A stretch of 32,000 nt of DNA. Origin: Fibrobacter succinogenes subsp. succinogenes S85. GTDB lineage: Bacteria > Fibrobacterota > Fibrobacteria > Fibrobacterales > Fibrobacteraceae. The notes beneath the pieces are model-generated. The model was given only the letters and a program-made list of their open reading frames with translations, made no database searches and was not told the DNA's origin. The DNA lies in the NCBI RefSeq assembly GCF_000146505.1, contig NC_017448.1, positions 3,060,001 through 3,092,000 of the forward strand. The letters run 5' to 3'. Both the position numbers and the translations under genes were made by a program. Within the stretch, counting starts at the first letter, position 1, and the number at the start of each line of letters is the position of its first letter. This document shows positions 1 to 7,572 of the stretch, one piece after another.

Positions 1-393
1 AACGATTTGCAGTCACAGGTGGAACCTGAAGTGGCTCGTGATCAGGAATTCTGGGGTTATAATGCATCTAGCATGAGTAACGCTTTGGAAACGATAAAGA
101 GCTTTGCCCAGACGCGTCAGGCTAAGGTCCGTGAACAGATGGAATCGTACTTTACGCTTTCTTCTCCGGTTGAAATGACGTTTACGGCGCAGGGTTCCGG
201 CACGATTCTCGTGGATGGCCTTGCTCTGGATAAGTCTTCGATGACGGTCTCGCTTTACAGGGATGTGCCGGTCACGCTTACAGCTCAGGCAAATTCTGGC
301 AGCACTTTCACGGGCTGGAGCGATGGTGTCACGGATATGACCCGCAAGGTGAACCCGGGTGAAGTCACGTCTGTTACCGCCGTGTTCAGGTAG
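1..393 (+). CDS. 3' end of a larger exported protein gene that continues upstream of the window. It ends in a beta-sandwich of the divergent InlB B-repeat (Flg_new-like) type.
   Basis: The frame is open from nt 1 to TAG at 391-393. The tail ...VTLTAQANSGSTFTGWSDGV... carries the F-x-G-W signature of Flg_new/InlB-B-repeat-like domains. The preceding helical stretch EFWGYNASSMSNALETIKSFAQTRQAKVREQM is reminiscent of the end of CotH-family domains (recalled, not searched). A strong terminator follows. Confidence 0.6.
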   Translation, partial: NDLQSQVEPEVARDQEFWGYNASSMSNALETIKSFAQTRQAKVREQMESYFTLSSPVEMTFTAQGSGTILVDGLALDKSSMTVSLYRDVPVTLTAQANSGSTFTGWSDGVTDMTRKVNPGEVTSVTAVFR

Positions 394-416
394 TTTCACT
401 CAACTGAAATCCAAAA

Positions 417-452
417 TAAAACAGCTAAACGGGAAACCGTTTAGCTGTTTTT
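417..452. terminator. Bidirectional rho-independent terminator between convergent genes
   Basis: Perfect 12-bp stem ACAGCTAAACGG (421-432) / CCGTTTAGCTGT (437-448) with a GAAA loop. It is flanked by AAAA on the 5' side and TTTT on the 3' side, so it can serve both the + gene ending at 393 and the - operon ending at 537. Confidence 0.75.
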
Positions 453-536
453 GTTTGCAATAGCGTGCGTAGTTTAGTCCGCGCATTCGCGCATCTCGTC
501 TGCGCGTTTAACTTGCACAGACTGCGCGACTCGCGT

Positions 537-962
537 TTAGCCCAGCATTTCTGTGGTGCTGAGAGTCTTGAAGTTCTTTTCTTCCAAGACCTTGAGCGCC
601 TTTTCGGTATCGCTGAAGCGAAGAATCATGACGTTCGTTGCCGTCGAGCATTCGGACGGGTAGGCGTACATGTAGTCAATCTGCAAGTCGCCGAGAACGT
701 CGAGAAGGTCTGCAAGACCGCCGACCTTGTCTGCAACAGGGCATGCGACAACGTCGGTAACGGTTGCGCTGAGGCCAGCCTTGGCAAGGACATTGACAGC
801 CTTTTCAGAATCGTTCACGATCAGGCGGATAAGGCCGAATTCGCCGGAATCGGCGAGCGTGAGCGAGAGAAGGTTAATGCCTGCATCAGCGAGCGAGCGG
901 CAAACTGCCTGGAGACGGCCCGGGCGGTTCGACACGAAAACTAAAACCTGTGGAATTTTCAT
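537..962 (-). CDS. ACT domain-containing protein (small tandem-ACT regulatory protein commonly paired with PaaK-type ligases)
   Basis: 141 aa. The N-terminus VLVFVSNRPGRLQAVCRSLADAGINL is a typical ACT beta-alpha start, and a second ACT-like unit follows. SD AAGGAG lies 8 nt upstream of the ATG and overlaps the end of paaK, which indicates an operon. Confidence 0.85.
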   Translation of the reverse strand: MKIPQVLVFVSNRPGRLQAVCRSLADAGINLLSLTLADSGEFGLIRLIVNDSEKAVNVLAKAGLSATVTDVVACPVADKVGGLADLLDVLGDLQIDYMYAYPSECSTATNVMILRFSDTEKALKVLEEKNFKTLSTTEMLG

Positions 963-976
963 TTTTTTTCTCCTTC

Positions 977-2314
977 TTAAATCTTCTTTCTGTTGTCGAT
1001 GACGCGCTTGGCCTTGCCTTCGCTACGCGGCAGAGAATCCGGTTCGCAGAGCGTGACAATCACGGAAATGCCGAGAATCTGTTCGATGGAGTGCTTGAAC
1101 TTCTTGGAGAGCTGTTCCATATCGCTCATGGAGTCGCTCACCATGTCGCGAGAAACTTCGACCTTGACTTCGAGCGTATCCATGTTGTTCTTGGTGTCGA
1201 GCACAATTTGGTAATGCGGCAAAGCCTTTTCTGCGCGGAGGAGAGCCGTTTCGATCTGGCTCGGGAACACGTTCACGCCACGCATGATAATCATGTCGTC
1301 GCTGCGGCGGCCGATGCGACGGATACGGCGGATGGTACGGCCGCAGGCGCACTTGGTCTTTTCAATAGCTGTGATGTCGCGGGTGCGGTAGCGGAGGATC
1401 GGCATAGCGCGCTTGCTGAGCGTGCTGATGACGAGTTCGCCTTCCTCGCCGTCCGGAAGCGGTTCAAGCGTTTCCGGGTCCACGATTTCAGGGTAGAAGT
1501 GGTCTTCGAAAATGTGGATGCCGTCGCGGCATTCGCATTCGCAACCTACGCCCGGGCCGACAATTTCAGAAAGTCCGTAAATGTCGTAAGCCTTGATGCC
1601 CGTCTTTTCTTCGATGTAGTCGCGCATGCCATCGCTCCACGGTTCAGCACCGAAGATGCCGCGCTTCACGTTCAACTTGGAAATGTCGACGCCCATCTTT
1701 TCGGCAACGTCGATAATGCGGACAAAGTAGCTCGGGGTGCCACCGACTGCGGTCACGCCGAAGTCCTTCATGAGCATCACCTGGCGTTCGGTATTACCGC
1801 CGCTAATCGGCACGACTGTGGCGCCGAGGGCTTCGAAACCGCCGTGAATGCCAAGACCGCCCGTAAAGAGGCCGTAGCCGTAGAAGTTCTGCACAATGTC
1901 TGTGCTGCGGAAACCGCAGGCGAGGAGGCCGCGCTTCACGACCTGGGCCCAGACTTCCATGTCTTCCTTGGTGTAACCGACAACAATCGGCTTACCGGTA
2001 GTGCCGGAGCTTGCATGCAGACGCACGACTTCGCTCATGTCGACAGCGAAGAGACCGTACGGATAAGTGTCGCGCAAGTCCTTCTTCATGGAGAACGGGA
2101 TCTTGGCGATGTCCTTCAAAGACTTGATGTCATCGGGCGTAACGCCCTTTTCGACCATGCGGTCGTGGAACAGCGGAACCTTCTCGTAGGCGAGCTTCAC
2201 GGTTGCACGCAAACGCTGCAACTGCAATTCGCGCAATTTTTCTTCGGGCATAAAATCAAGCGCCATTTCGGGCAAGATCTTGTTTTCTTCGTCGTTCCAG
2301 GCTGTAGATCGCAT
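977..2314 (-). CDS. paaK: Phenylacetate-CoA ligase family (adenylate-forming) enzyme
   Basis: Adenylation motifs HASSGTTGKP, YGLSE and GRSDDMIIMRGVNVFP, with overall PaaK-like length. I prefer the ATG at 2314 (MRSTAWN..., AAGGA 4-5 nt upstream). The ORF track starts 12 nt earlier, at TTG 2326. Confidence 0.88.
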   Translation of the reverse strand: MRSTAWNDEENKILPEMALDFMPEEKLRELQLQRLRATVKLAYEKVPLFHDRMVEKGVTPDDIKSLKDIAKIPFSMKKDLRDTYPYGLFAVDMSEVVRLHASSGTTGKPIVVGYTKEDMEVWAQVVKRGLLACGFRSTDIVQNFYGYGLFTGGLGIHGGFEALGATVVPISGGNTERQVMLMKDFGVTAVGGTPSYFVRIIDVAEKMGVDISKLNVKRGIFGAEPWSDGMRDYIEEKTGIKAYDIYGLSEIVGPGVGCECECRDGIHIFEDHFYPEIVDPETLEPLPDGEEGELVISTLSKRAMPILRYRTRDITAIEKTKCACGRTIRRIRRIGRRSDDMIIMRGVNVFPSQIETALLRAEKALPHYQIVLDTKNNMDTLEVKVEVSRDMVSDSMSDMEQLSKKFKHSIEQILGISVIVTLCEPDSLPRSEGKAKRVIDNRKKI

Positions 2315-2584
2315 AGTATCCTTCAATAGAGGGTTAGGTTAAAATTTTTCGCCTTAAATATATATAATGCGCTTGCGTTGTGTTTCATTTAGGTGCGTTT
2401 CTTTTTCTTTGCGAAAATGCTCGGCTTGCGATTATCCATATATATGGAGTCCCTAAGCCCATAACGTAACACTTTCAGAAAGTGTAAAAATCGGGACGAT
2501 ATAACTCTTATTCAATCATTGACGTTTATTCGTCGGCCGTTTGGCCTTTTTTAAAAATCTCGTGTGGGCGGGGGAGTGTAATTT

Positions 2585-5419
2585 TTGTATTTTTGGGCAG
2601 AAATTAAAATAAACTGCTTTATAGGTAGGTCTATTCTGCGTTCCCGTTCGCTTTTATTTGTTCTTGCTTTGGTCGGTATGTCGAATGCCCAATTGTTGGA
2701 CATGTCGCAGATTTCCGACAAGTATATGGTTGAGAATAAGATCAACAAGATTCGCGTCGAAGGTACTCATCACATGGACGAACGTTCGGTTCTCGGGCGT
2801 ATCGGCATCCGTACGGGTCAAAGCTATTCCCCGTCTTCGCTTTCCGAAAAAGTTCAGAATTCCGTGAGCACGCTTTATGCTTCGGGCCTTTTTGACGATG
2901 TGACTGCCTGGGTGGATTACGTTGGCGACGAAGGTTCCTATGTGGACTTGGTGTTTAAGGTCAAGGAACTCCCTGCTCTCGATACCGCAATTTTGGATGG
3001 TTGTGACGAAGTCTCTGAAGACGACCTCCGCTTGAAAATCCACATGATTACGGGTCAGGTCTATAGCAAGGCGCAATTGGAACGTACGCGCCAGGCCATG
3101 CTCGACCATTACCGCTCCGAAGGGTTTCTCCTTGCCGAAGTGGGCTACCGCGAAGAACCGGTGGACGAATACCAGAACAAGGTGACTTTCGTGATTCGCG
3201 AAGGCAGCAAGGTGCGTATTCGCGGCATTGACGTGAAGGGCAATGACCATGTGCCTGTCGAAGAAATCGCAGATCACATGCTCTCGAAAGAGAACCAGTG
3301 GTGGGGTGGCGGTGAATTCAAGGAAAATGTCTTTGAAGCCGACCGCGATACCGTGCTGAACGTCTTCCGCCATTTCGGTTACCTGGATGCAGAACTGAAT
3401 GACTACCACGCCGAATACCTCCCGGATTCTACCTGCCTGTTCTATCTTGGACGCATGGTGCCGGTTGGAGAACGTCTGGCTCCGCTCTACACGCAGTTGA
3501 ACGAGGCTCTGGCTGATTCGACGAACCCGCTTTACAAGATGGCGGGCAAGCCGACGATGGAAGTGTCTCACTATTACAGGAACATGCGCAAGGCGGGCGA
3601 CAAGTATCCGCTCACAAGGCGTATGCCGCAGGTGAAGGACGAAGAAGGCGCCTGGAAGATCCTGAACGATATTATCCGCTACGAAAGCGCCCGCAAGGAA
3701 TGGCTTGGCCTGGTGGCTGACCGCAAGTGGAATAACCCGAAGATTGATTCGCTCCTCAAGATCAAGAAGCGTTCCGCTTACGAAAGCAAGCTCCTCGTGC
3801 GTTACATGATCGAGGACATGATCCCCGCCCTTTACAAGTACGATAACATCAAGACCTCTAGCGATATTATCGTCCATATCGACGTGACCGAAGGCCGCCG
3901 CTACTACATGGGCGGACTCCACTTTACGGGTAACGAAGTCCAGAGCGACGCCATGCTTGGCTATGTGTTCCGTCTTGATAGCGGTGCCGTGTTTGACCAG
4001 TATCTCTACGAAGCATCCCGCAAGGCCTTGCTTGATTCTTACCGTGAAGATGGTTACCTCTTTGCCCAGTTCGACGAAGAGAGAACGTTTGAAAACGATT
4101 CCATTGTGAACCTTGCCTACAGGATGAATGAAGGCTTGCCTGCTCAGATCCACAAGGTGCATGTGCGTGGCAACACCAAGACGAACGAAAAGGTCATCCG
4201 CCGCGAAGTCCGTCTCTATCCGGGCGATACTTACCGCCAGTCCGCTTTGGAACGTAGCTTCCGCGACATTATGCAGCTCAACTACTTCGACATGGTCGTG
4301 CCTGATATCAAGGTCGTGGGCGAACAGGAAGTGGACCTCGACTTTGCCGTGCAAGAAAAGCAGGCCGGTACGGGTCAGTTCAGCTTGGGCGTTTCCTATA
4401 GCGAAAGCGATGGCTTTGTCGGTACGGCAAGTATTTCCATCCCGAACTGCTGTATGGGCGATGGTCAGCAGGCCGCCTTGAATTTGGAATACGGCGCCGA
4501 CAAGAAGAGCGCAACACTTAGCTTTACCGAACCGTGGTTCCTCGACAAGCCGATTACGCTTGGTGCTAGCCTCAGCTACTCCTGGTGGAACATGGAAGAC
4601 TACGACGAACACGACATTACCCGCTATGGTGGAAACATCTTTGTGGGTAAGCGCCTCAAGTGGCCGGACGACTACTTCTATGGTCAGGTTGGTTACGGCT
4701 GGCTCATGAACGACCAGGGGCCGAACATCGACAACAGCTACGTGGTCTATACGGGTATCGAATCGGCGTTCAACTTCCGCATCCAGCGTGACGACAAGAA
4801 CTTGCCGCAGTTCCCGACCGAAGGTTCCCGCTACGTGCTCGATTTGCAGTGGGCCAACAAGTACTTTGGCAGTGACTTCGAATTCGTGAAGGCTGACCTC
4901 TCCATCAAGTGGTGGTTCCCGCTCTTCCGCGACCGCTTGGCAATTGCCCTTACAAACGAATACGGTGTCATCTTTGGTGACAAGTTGCAGCATCGCACGC
5001 TCTACACTATGGGTGGTGTGCTTGGTTACGATGGCATGCTCCGTGGTTATGCTTCTGGTTCTATTGGCCGTAACCGCCTGGGCCGCAGCTACCAGTATAT
5101 CGGTGCAGAACTCCAGCTTGGCCTAGTGCCGCAGACGTTCTACCTGTTGCCGTTCTTCTTTGATGCCGGTAACGTGTTCGGTGAACGTATCGATACGGAA
5201 GCTAGAATTGACAAGCCGAGAAAGAACCCGCTTAGCGAATGGGATCCGACCACGCTCAAGAAGGATATCGGTTTTGGTTTCCGCGTCGTAGTTCCGATGC
5301 TTGGTATTATCGGCTTCGACTTTGCTTGGCCGCTTGATCCGGGTGAAAATTATAACGGTACGAAGTCCACTACGGTGGGTGATATGGAATTCAACTTTGT
5401 CATTGGTCAGGCTTTCTAG
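2585..5419 (+). CDS. bamA: Outer membrane protein assembly factor BamA (POTRA repeats plus C-terminal beta-barrel), unusually long at 944 aa
   Basis: Signal-like segment ...SLLFVLALVGMSNAQ, repeated POTRA-type units (I-x-V-x-G-N patterns) and a Gly/aromatic-rich C-terminal barrel ending ...EFNFVIGQAF with a terminal aromatic residue. The TTG start at 2585 has GGGGAG 8 nt upstream. An skp gene follows directly, the classic bamA-skp arrangement. Confidence 0.9.
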   Translation: MYFWAEIKINCFIGRSILRSRSLLFVLALVGMSNAQLLDMSQISDKYMVENKINKIRVEGTHHMDERSVLGRIGIRTGQSYSPSSLSEKVQNSVSTLYASGLFDDVTAWVDYVGDEGSYVDLVFKVKELPALDTAILDGCDEVSEDDLRLKIHMITGQVYSKAQLERTRQAMLDHYRSEGFLLAEVGYREEPVDEYQNKVTFVIREGSKVRIRGIDVKGNDHVPVEEIADHMLSKENQWWGGGEFKENVFEADRDTVLNVFRHFGYLDAELNDYHAEYLPDSTCLFYLGRMVPVGERLAPLYTQLNEALADSTNPLYKMAGKPTMEVSHYYRNMRKAGDKYPLTRRMPQVKDEEGAWKILNDIIRYESARKEWLGLVADRKWNNPKIDSLLKIKKRSAYESKLLVRYMIEDMIPALYKYDNIKTSSDIIVHIDVTEGRRYYMGGLHFTGNEVQSDAMLGYVFRLDSGAVFDQYLYEASRKALLDSYREDGYLFAQFDEERTFENDSIVNLAYRMNEGLPAQIHKVHVRGNTKTNEKVIRREVRLYPGDTYRQSALERSFRDIMQLNYFDMVVPDIKVVGEQEVDLDFAVQEKQAGTGQFSLGVSYSESDGFVGTASISIPNCCMGDGQQAALNLEYGADKKSATLSFTEPWFLDKPITLGASLSYSWWNMEDYDEHDITRYGGNIFVGKRLKWPDDYFYGQVGYGWLMNDQGPNIDNSYVVYTGIESAFNFRIQRDDKNLPQFPTEGSRYVLDLQWANKYFGSDFEFVKADLSIKWWFPLFRDRLAIALTNEYGVIFGDKLQHRTLYTMGGVLGYDGMLRGYASGSIGRNRLGRSYQYIGAELQLGLVPQTFYLLPFFFDAGNVFGERIDTEARIDKPRKNPLSEWDPTTLKKDIGFGFRVVVPMLGIIGFDFAWPLDPGENYNGTKSTTVGDMEFNFVIGQAF

Positions 5420-5437
5420 TCTGATTGGAGGTGCGCT

Positions 5438-5953
5438 ATGATTCGCAAGTTGATCGTTTTGCTTTCGGTAGTCTTTGCCTGCGCAAGCTTTGCCGAAGAC
5501 GGCCTTCGCATTGCCCATGTGGATTCAAAGATTATCTTTGACGGATTCAAGGGTACCAGGAAGGCTCAGGAAGAATACGACCGCCAGGTGGCAAAGTGGG
5601 AACAGCAGGCCAACCTCTTGCAGAAGGAACTTGCCGCTATCAAGGAAAGGCTCGATAAGCAGGTCCTGATGCTTTCGGACGAAAAGAAGCGCGAACTTGA
5701 AGCCGAGTACAACAAGAAGGATACGGAACTCAAGTCCTTTATTGACCGCGTCTATGGCCGTAACGGCGAGCTCATCACCGAAAACGAAAAGGTGAGCGCT
5801 CCGATTATCCAGCTTATCCGTAAGGCGGTGAACGAAATCGCTTTGCAGGAAGGCTATGACATGGTCATTGACCGTGCAACGGGCGCGGTACTTTTCTGGA
5901 AAAAGGAAAACGACCTTACGAACAAGGTGCTGAATTACCTGAATAACAGATAG
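5438..5953 (+). CDS. skp: OmpH/Skp family periplasmic chaperone
   Basis: 171 aa with signal peptide MIRKLIVLLSVVFACASFA, then IAHVDSKIIF and a long Lys/Glu-rich coiled-coil region. SD GGAGG precedes the ATG, and the gene sits immediately downstream of bamA. Confidence 0.9.
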   Translation: MIRKLIVLLSVVFACASFAEDGLRIAHVDSKIIFDGFKGTRKAQEEYDRQVAKWEQQANLLQKELAAIKERLDKQVLMLSDEKKRELEAEYNKKDTELKSFIDRVYGRNGELITENEKVSAPIIQLIRKAVNEIALQEGYDMVIDRATGAVLFWKKENDLTNKVLNYLNNR

Positions 5954-5980
5954 TCACTTTAGAGCTTTATAAAAATGCGA

Positions 5981-6005
5981 AAAGCCGGTGATGAACCGGC
6001 TTTTT
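5981..6005. terminator. Bidirectional hairpin terminator between skp (+) and the GGR-like gene (-)
   Basis: AAAAGCCGGT (5981-5990), loop GATGA, ACCGGCTTTT (5996-6005). The GC core is flanked by an A-run and a T-run. Confidence 0.65.
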
Positions 6006-6015
6006 GCTTTGTATT

Positions 6016-6046
6016 GAGAAGCCCCGTCGGTGCGGGGCATGACAAG
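6016..6046 (-). repeat. Copy A of a conserved GC-hairpin element (REP-like)
   Basis: The minus strand reads CTTGTCAT-GCCCCG-CACCGA-CGGGGC-TTCTC. It begins 8 nt after the stop codon of the GGR-like gene. See the findings for the four-copy alignment. Confidence 0.6.
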
Positions 6047-6054
6047 TGCGCGGA

Positions 6055-7242
6055 CTATTTGAACTTGAGGAACTTGTAGAGCATTTTCGCAGAGGAAACA
6101 GGCGTTTGCAAGAAGGCGCGCTTTTTGCAGCCGTGCTTCGCGAAGTTCTGAAGAACCTTGTAGAGTTCTGTTTGTTCTTCCTTGTTCACGTTCAAGAGAA
6201 ACCTGCGGAACTTGTATTCAAAGTCGTGCATGCGACCAAAGTAATCGTAGCAGCGCTTTTCGTACGTCTTGAGGAATTCCTTGCTTAAGTTACCGCATTC
6301 GAAGCCCTCGTGGACGGTCTGGGCGCAGAACCGTCCGGCGCGCATGGCGGCCGCGATGCCGCCACCTGTAAGCGGGTTCGTGTGATGGGCGGCGTCGCCA
6401 ACGAGGGCAAAGCGGTCCAGCGTGTAATCTTTCAGAACGCTCGAGACGGGAATGACGCCTCCGACAACGTGATTGATTTGCGCTCCCGGGAAGAGCTTAT
6501 AGAGCCATTCCATCGTGATGTCCAAGACGTTTGAACCGTGATTGTTCGAAATCAGGAATCCTGCGCCGAAGTTTGTGACGTTGGATTTGACCTTCGGGAA
6601 ACTCCAGATGTAGCCGTCGTTGATAAAGTCATGACCTTGCCAGAACGTGAGGTAGTCCGGCTTGGTGAGAATGCCTTGCACTTGGATATCGACACCGGTG
6701 CAGGTGAATGCTGGTTTCTGGAGGCAATCGAGTCCGACTTGGCGACCGATGCGGCTTTCGACACCGTCTGCGGCAATGACCATCTTGGCACGGACTTCTT
6801 CGGTTGTTTCGCCGGCGCCTTCGCCGAGTTTCACGCGCACGAGGCGTGTCCCGCTTTCGACATCTCCGACAAATTCTGCACGGGCGCGGGTGACGACTTC
6901 TACGCCGTCATTTGCGGCGAGGTGGGCGAGCCACGGGTCGAATTTTTCGCGGTTGAGCATGATGCCCGTGCCTTTTTGCGCGAGGTCGATGTTTACGCCG
7001 TTCGGACCGTAAATATAAAGTCCGTTGATTATCGTTTCGATGCAGTCTTCGTCAATCGGACCGTAAGTCTGTAAGTCCGAAAGCTTGGTGCTCGCTTCGC
7101 CGCAGCGTACAGGGTAGCCAATCTTCTCGCGCTTTTCGAGAAGGAGAACCTTGTGGCCTGCACGGGAAAGATTCCTCGCGGCAACACTTCCGCCGGGACC
7201 TGCGCCAATGACGACGACATCATATTCGTTATTACAGAACAT
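6055..7242 (-). CDS. Geranylgeranyl reductase family FAD-dependent oxidoreductase
   Basis: 395 aa. Motifs seen: N-terminal dinucleotide fold DVVVIGAGPGGSVAA...LLLEK, RCGEA cysteine motif, GYIWSFPK (the Y-x-W-x-F-P motif of GGRs) and GDAAHHTNPLTGGGIAAAM (GDAA...P..G.GI motif). It overlaps the upstream ferredoxin gene by 11 nt. Confidence 0.82.
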   Translation of the reverse strand: MFCNNEYDVVVIGAGPGGSVAARNLSRAGHKVLLLEKREKIGYPVRCGEASTKLSDLQTYGPIDEDCIETIINGLYIYGPNGVNIDLAQKGTGIMLNREKFDPWLAHLAANDGVEVVTRARAEFVGDVESGTRLVRVKLGEGAGETTEEVRAKMVIAADGVESRIGRQVGLDCLQKPAFTCTGVDIQVQGILTKPDYLTFWQGHDFINDGYIWSFPKVKSNVTNFGAGFLISNNHGSNVLDITMEWLYKLFPGAQINHVVGGVIPVSSVLKDYTLDRFALVGDAAHHTNPLTGGGIAAAMRAGRFCAQTVHEGFECGNLSKEFLKTYEKRCYDYFGRMHDFEYKFRRFLLNVNKEEQTELYKVLQNFAKHGCKKRAFLQTPVSSAKMLYKFLKFK

Positions 7243-7426
7243 CGTTCAACTCCTGGATTTTGAGGGCGCCTGCGGGGCATGCTCTTGTGCAGAGACCGCA
7301 CTTGATACATTTTTCCTGATCAATTTGCAAATCTAGACCATACATGTCTAGCGCCATCTTGGGGCACACGCCGACGCAGCCGGCGCATTCCAGGCAAACA
7401 CCTCTGTTGTGAACGAGAACTTTCAT
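7232..7426 (-). CDS. Small 2x[4Fe-4S] ferredoxin-like protein
   Basis: 64 aa with two cluster motifs, CLECAGCVGVCP and CIKCGLCTRACP. It is translationally coupled to the downstream flavoprotein through an 11-nt overlap. Confidence 0.85.
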   Translation of the reverse strand: MKVLVHNRGVCLECAGCVGVCPKMALDMYGLDLQIDQEKCIKCGLCTRACPAGALKIQELNDVL

Positions 7427-7445
7427 AGGAGGGAATATATAAAAA

Positions 7446-7476
7446 TAGTTATTAGTTATTAGTTACTAGTTACTAG
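7446..7476. repeat. Heptanucleotide tandem array, 4.4 copies of TAGTTAY (minus strand CTAGTAA/CTAATAA)
   Basis: TAGTTAT TAGTTAT TAGTTAC TAGTTAC TAG, read directly. It lies 20-50 nt upstream of the ferredoxin ATG at 7426. Confidence 0.9.
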
Positions 7477-7500
7477 AAAAAATCGTATTTCGATAAAAAA

Positions 7501-7530
7501 GGAGATGCCCGCGCGGAGGCGGGCATGACA
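7501..7530 (-). repeat. Copy B of the GC-hairpin element; in this copy it probably also terminates the lipoprotein operon
   Basis: The minus strand reads TGTC-ATGCCCGC-CTCCGC-GCGGGCAT-CTCC followed by TTTTTT. It is a perfect 8-bp stem about 40 nt after the stop codon at 7573-7575. Confidence 0.65.
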
Positions 7531-7572
7531 TAATGGGTCCTTCGCGGCAATCGCCACTCAGGATGACGATGA

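Noticed and set aside
950-2329. 459-aa plus-strand ORF (plus 993..1214 and 1023..1352) covering the paaK locus
   Set aside because: This is a shadow ORF antisense to a gene with clear adenylate-forming-enzyme motifs. Its translation is low-complexity (Ala/Asp/His/Val-rich) with no recognisable motifs. Codon bias that avoids TTA/CTA/TCA leaves the opposite strand open.
2654-4993. 779-aa minus-strand ORF opposite bamA
   Set aside because: This is the same antisense-shadow effect. bamA on the plus strand has a signal peptide, POTRA units, a barrel and a C-terminal Phe, while the antisense product has no features.
7427-7445. GGAGGG on the plus strand next to the ferredoxin start, as a possible SD for a plus-strand gene
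   Set aside because: No plus-strand ORF starts downstream of it. It is the complement of the ferredoxin gene's 5' leader, and the ferredoxin gene itself lacks an obvious SD.
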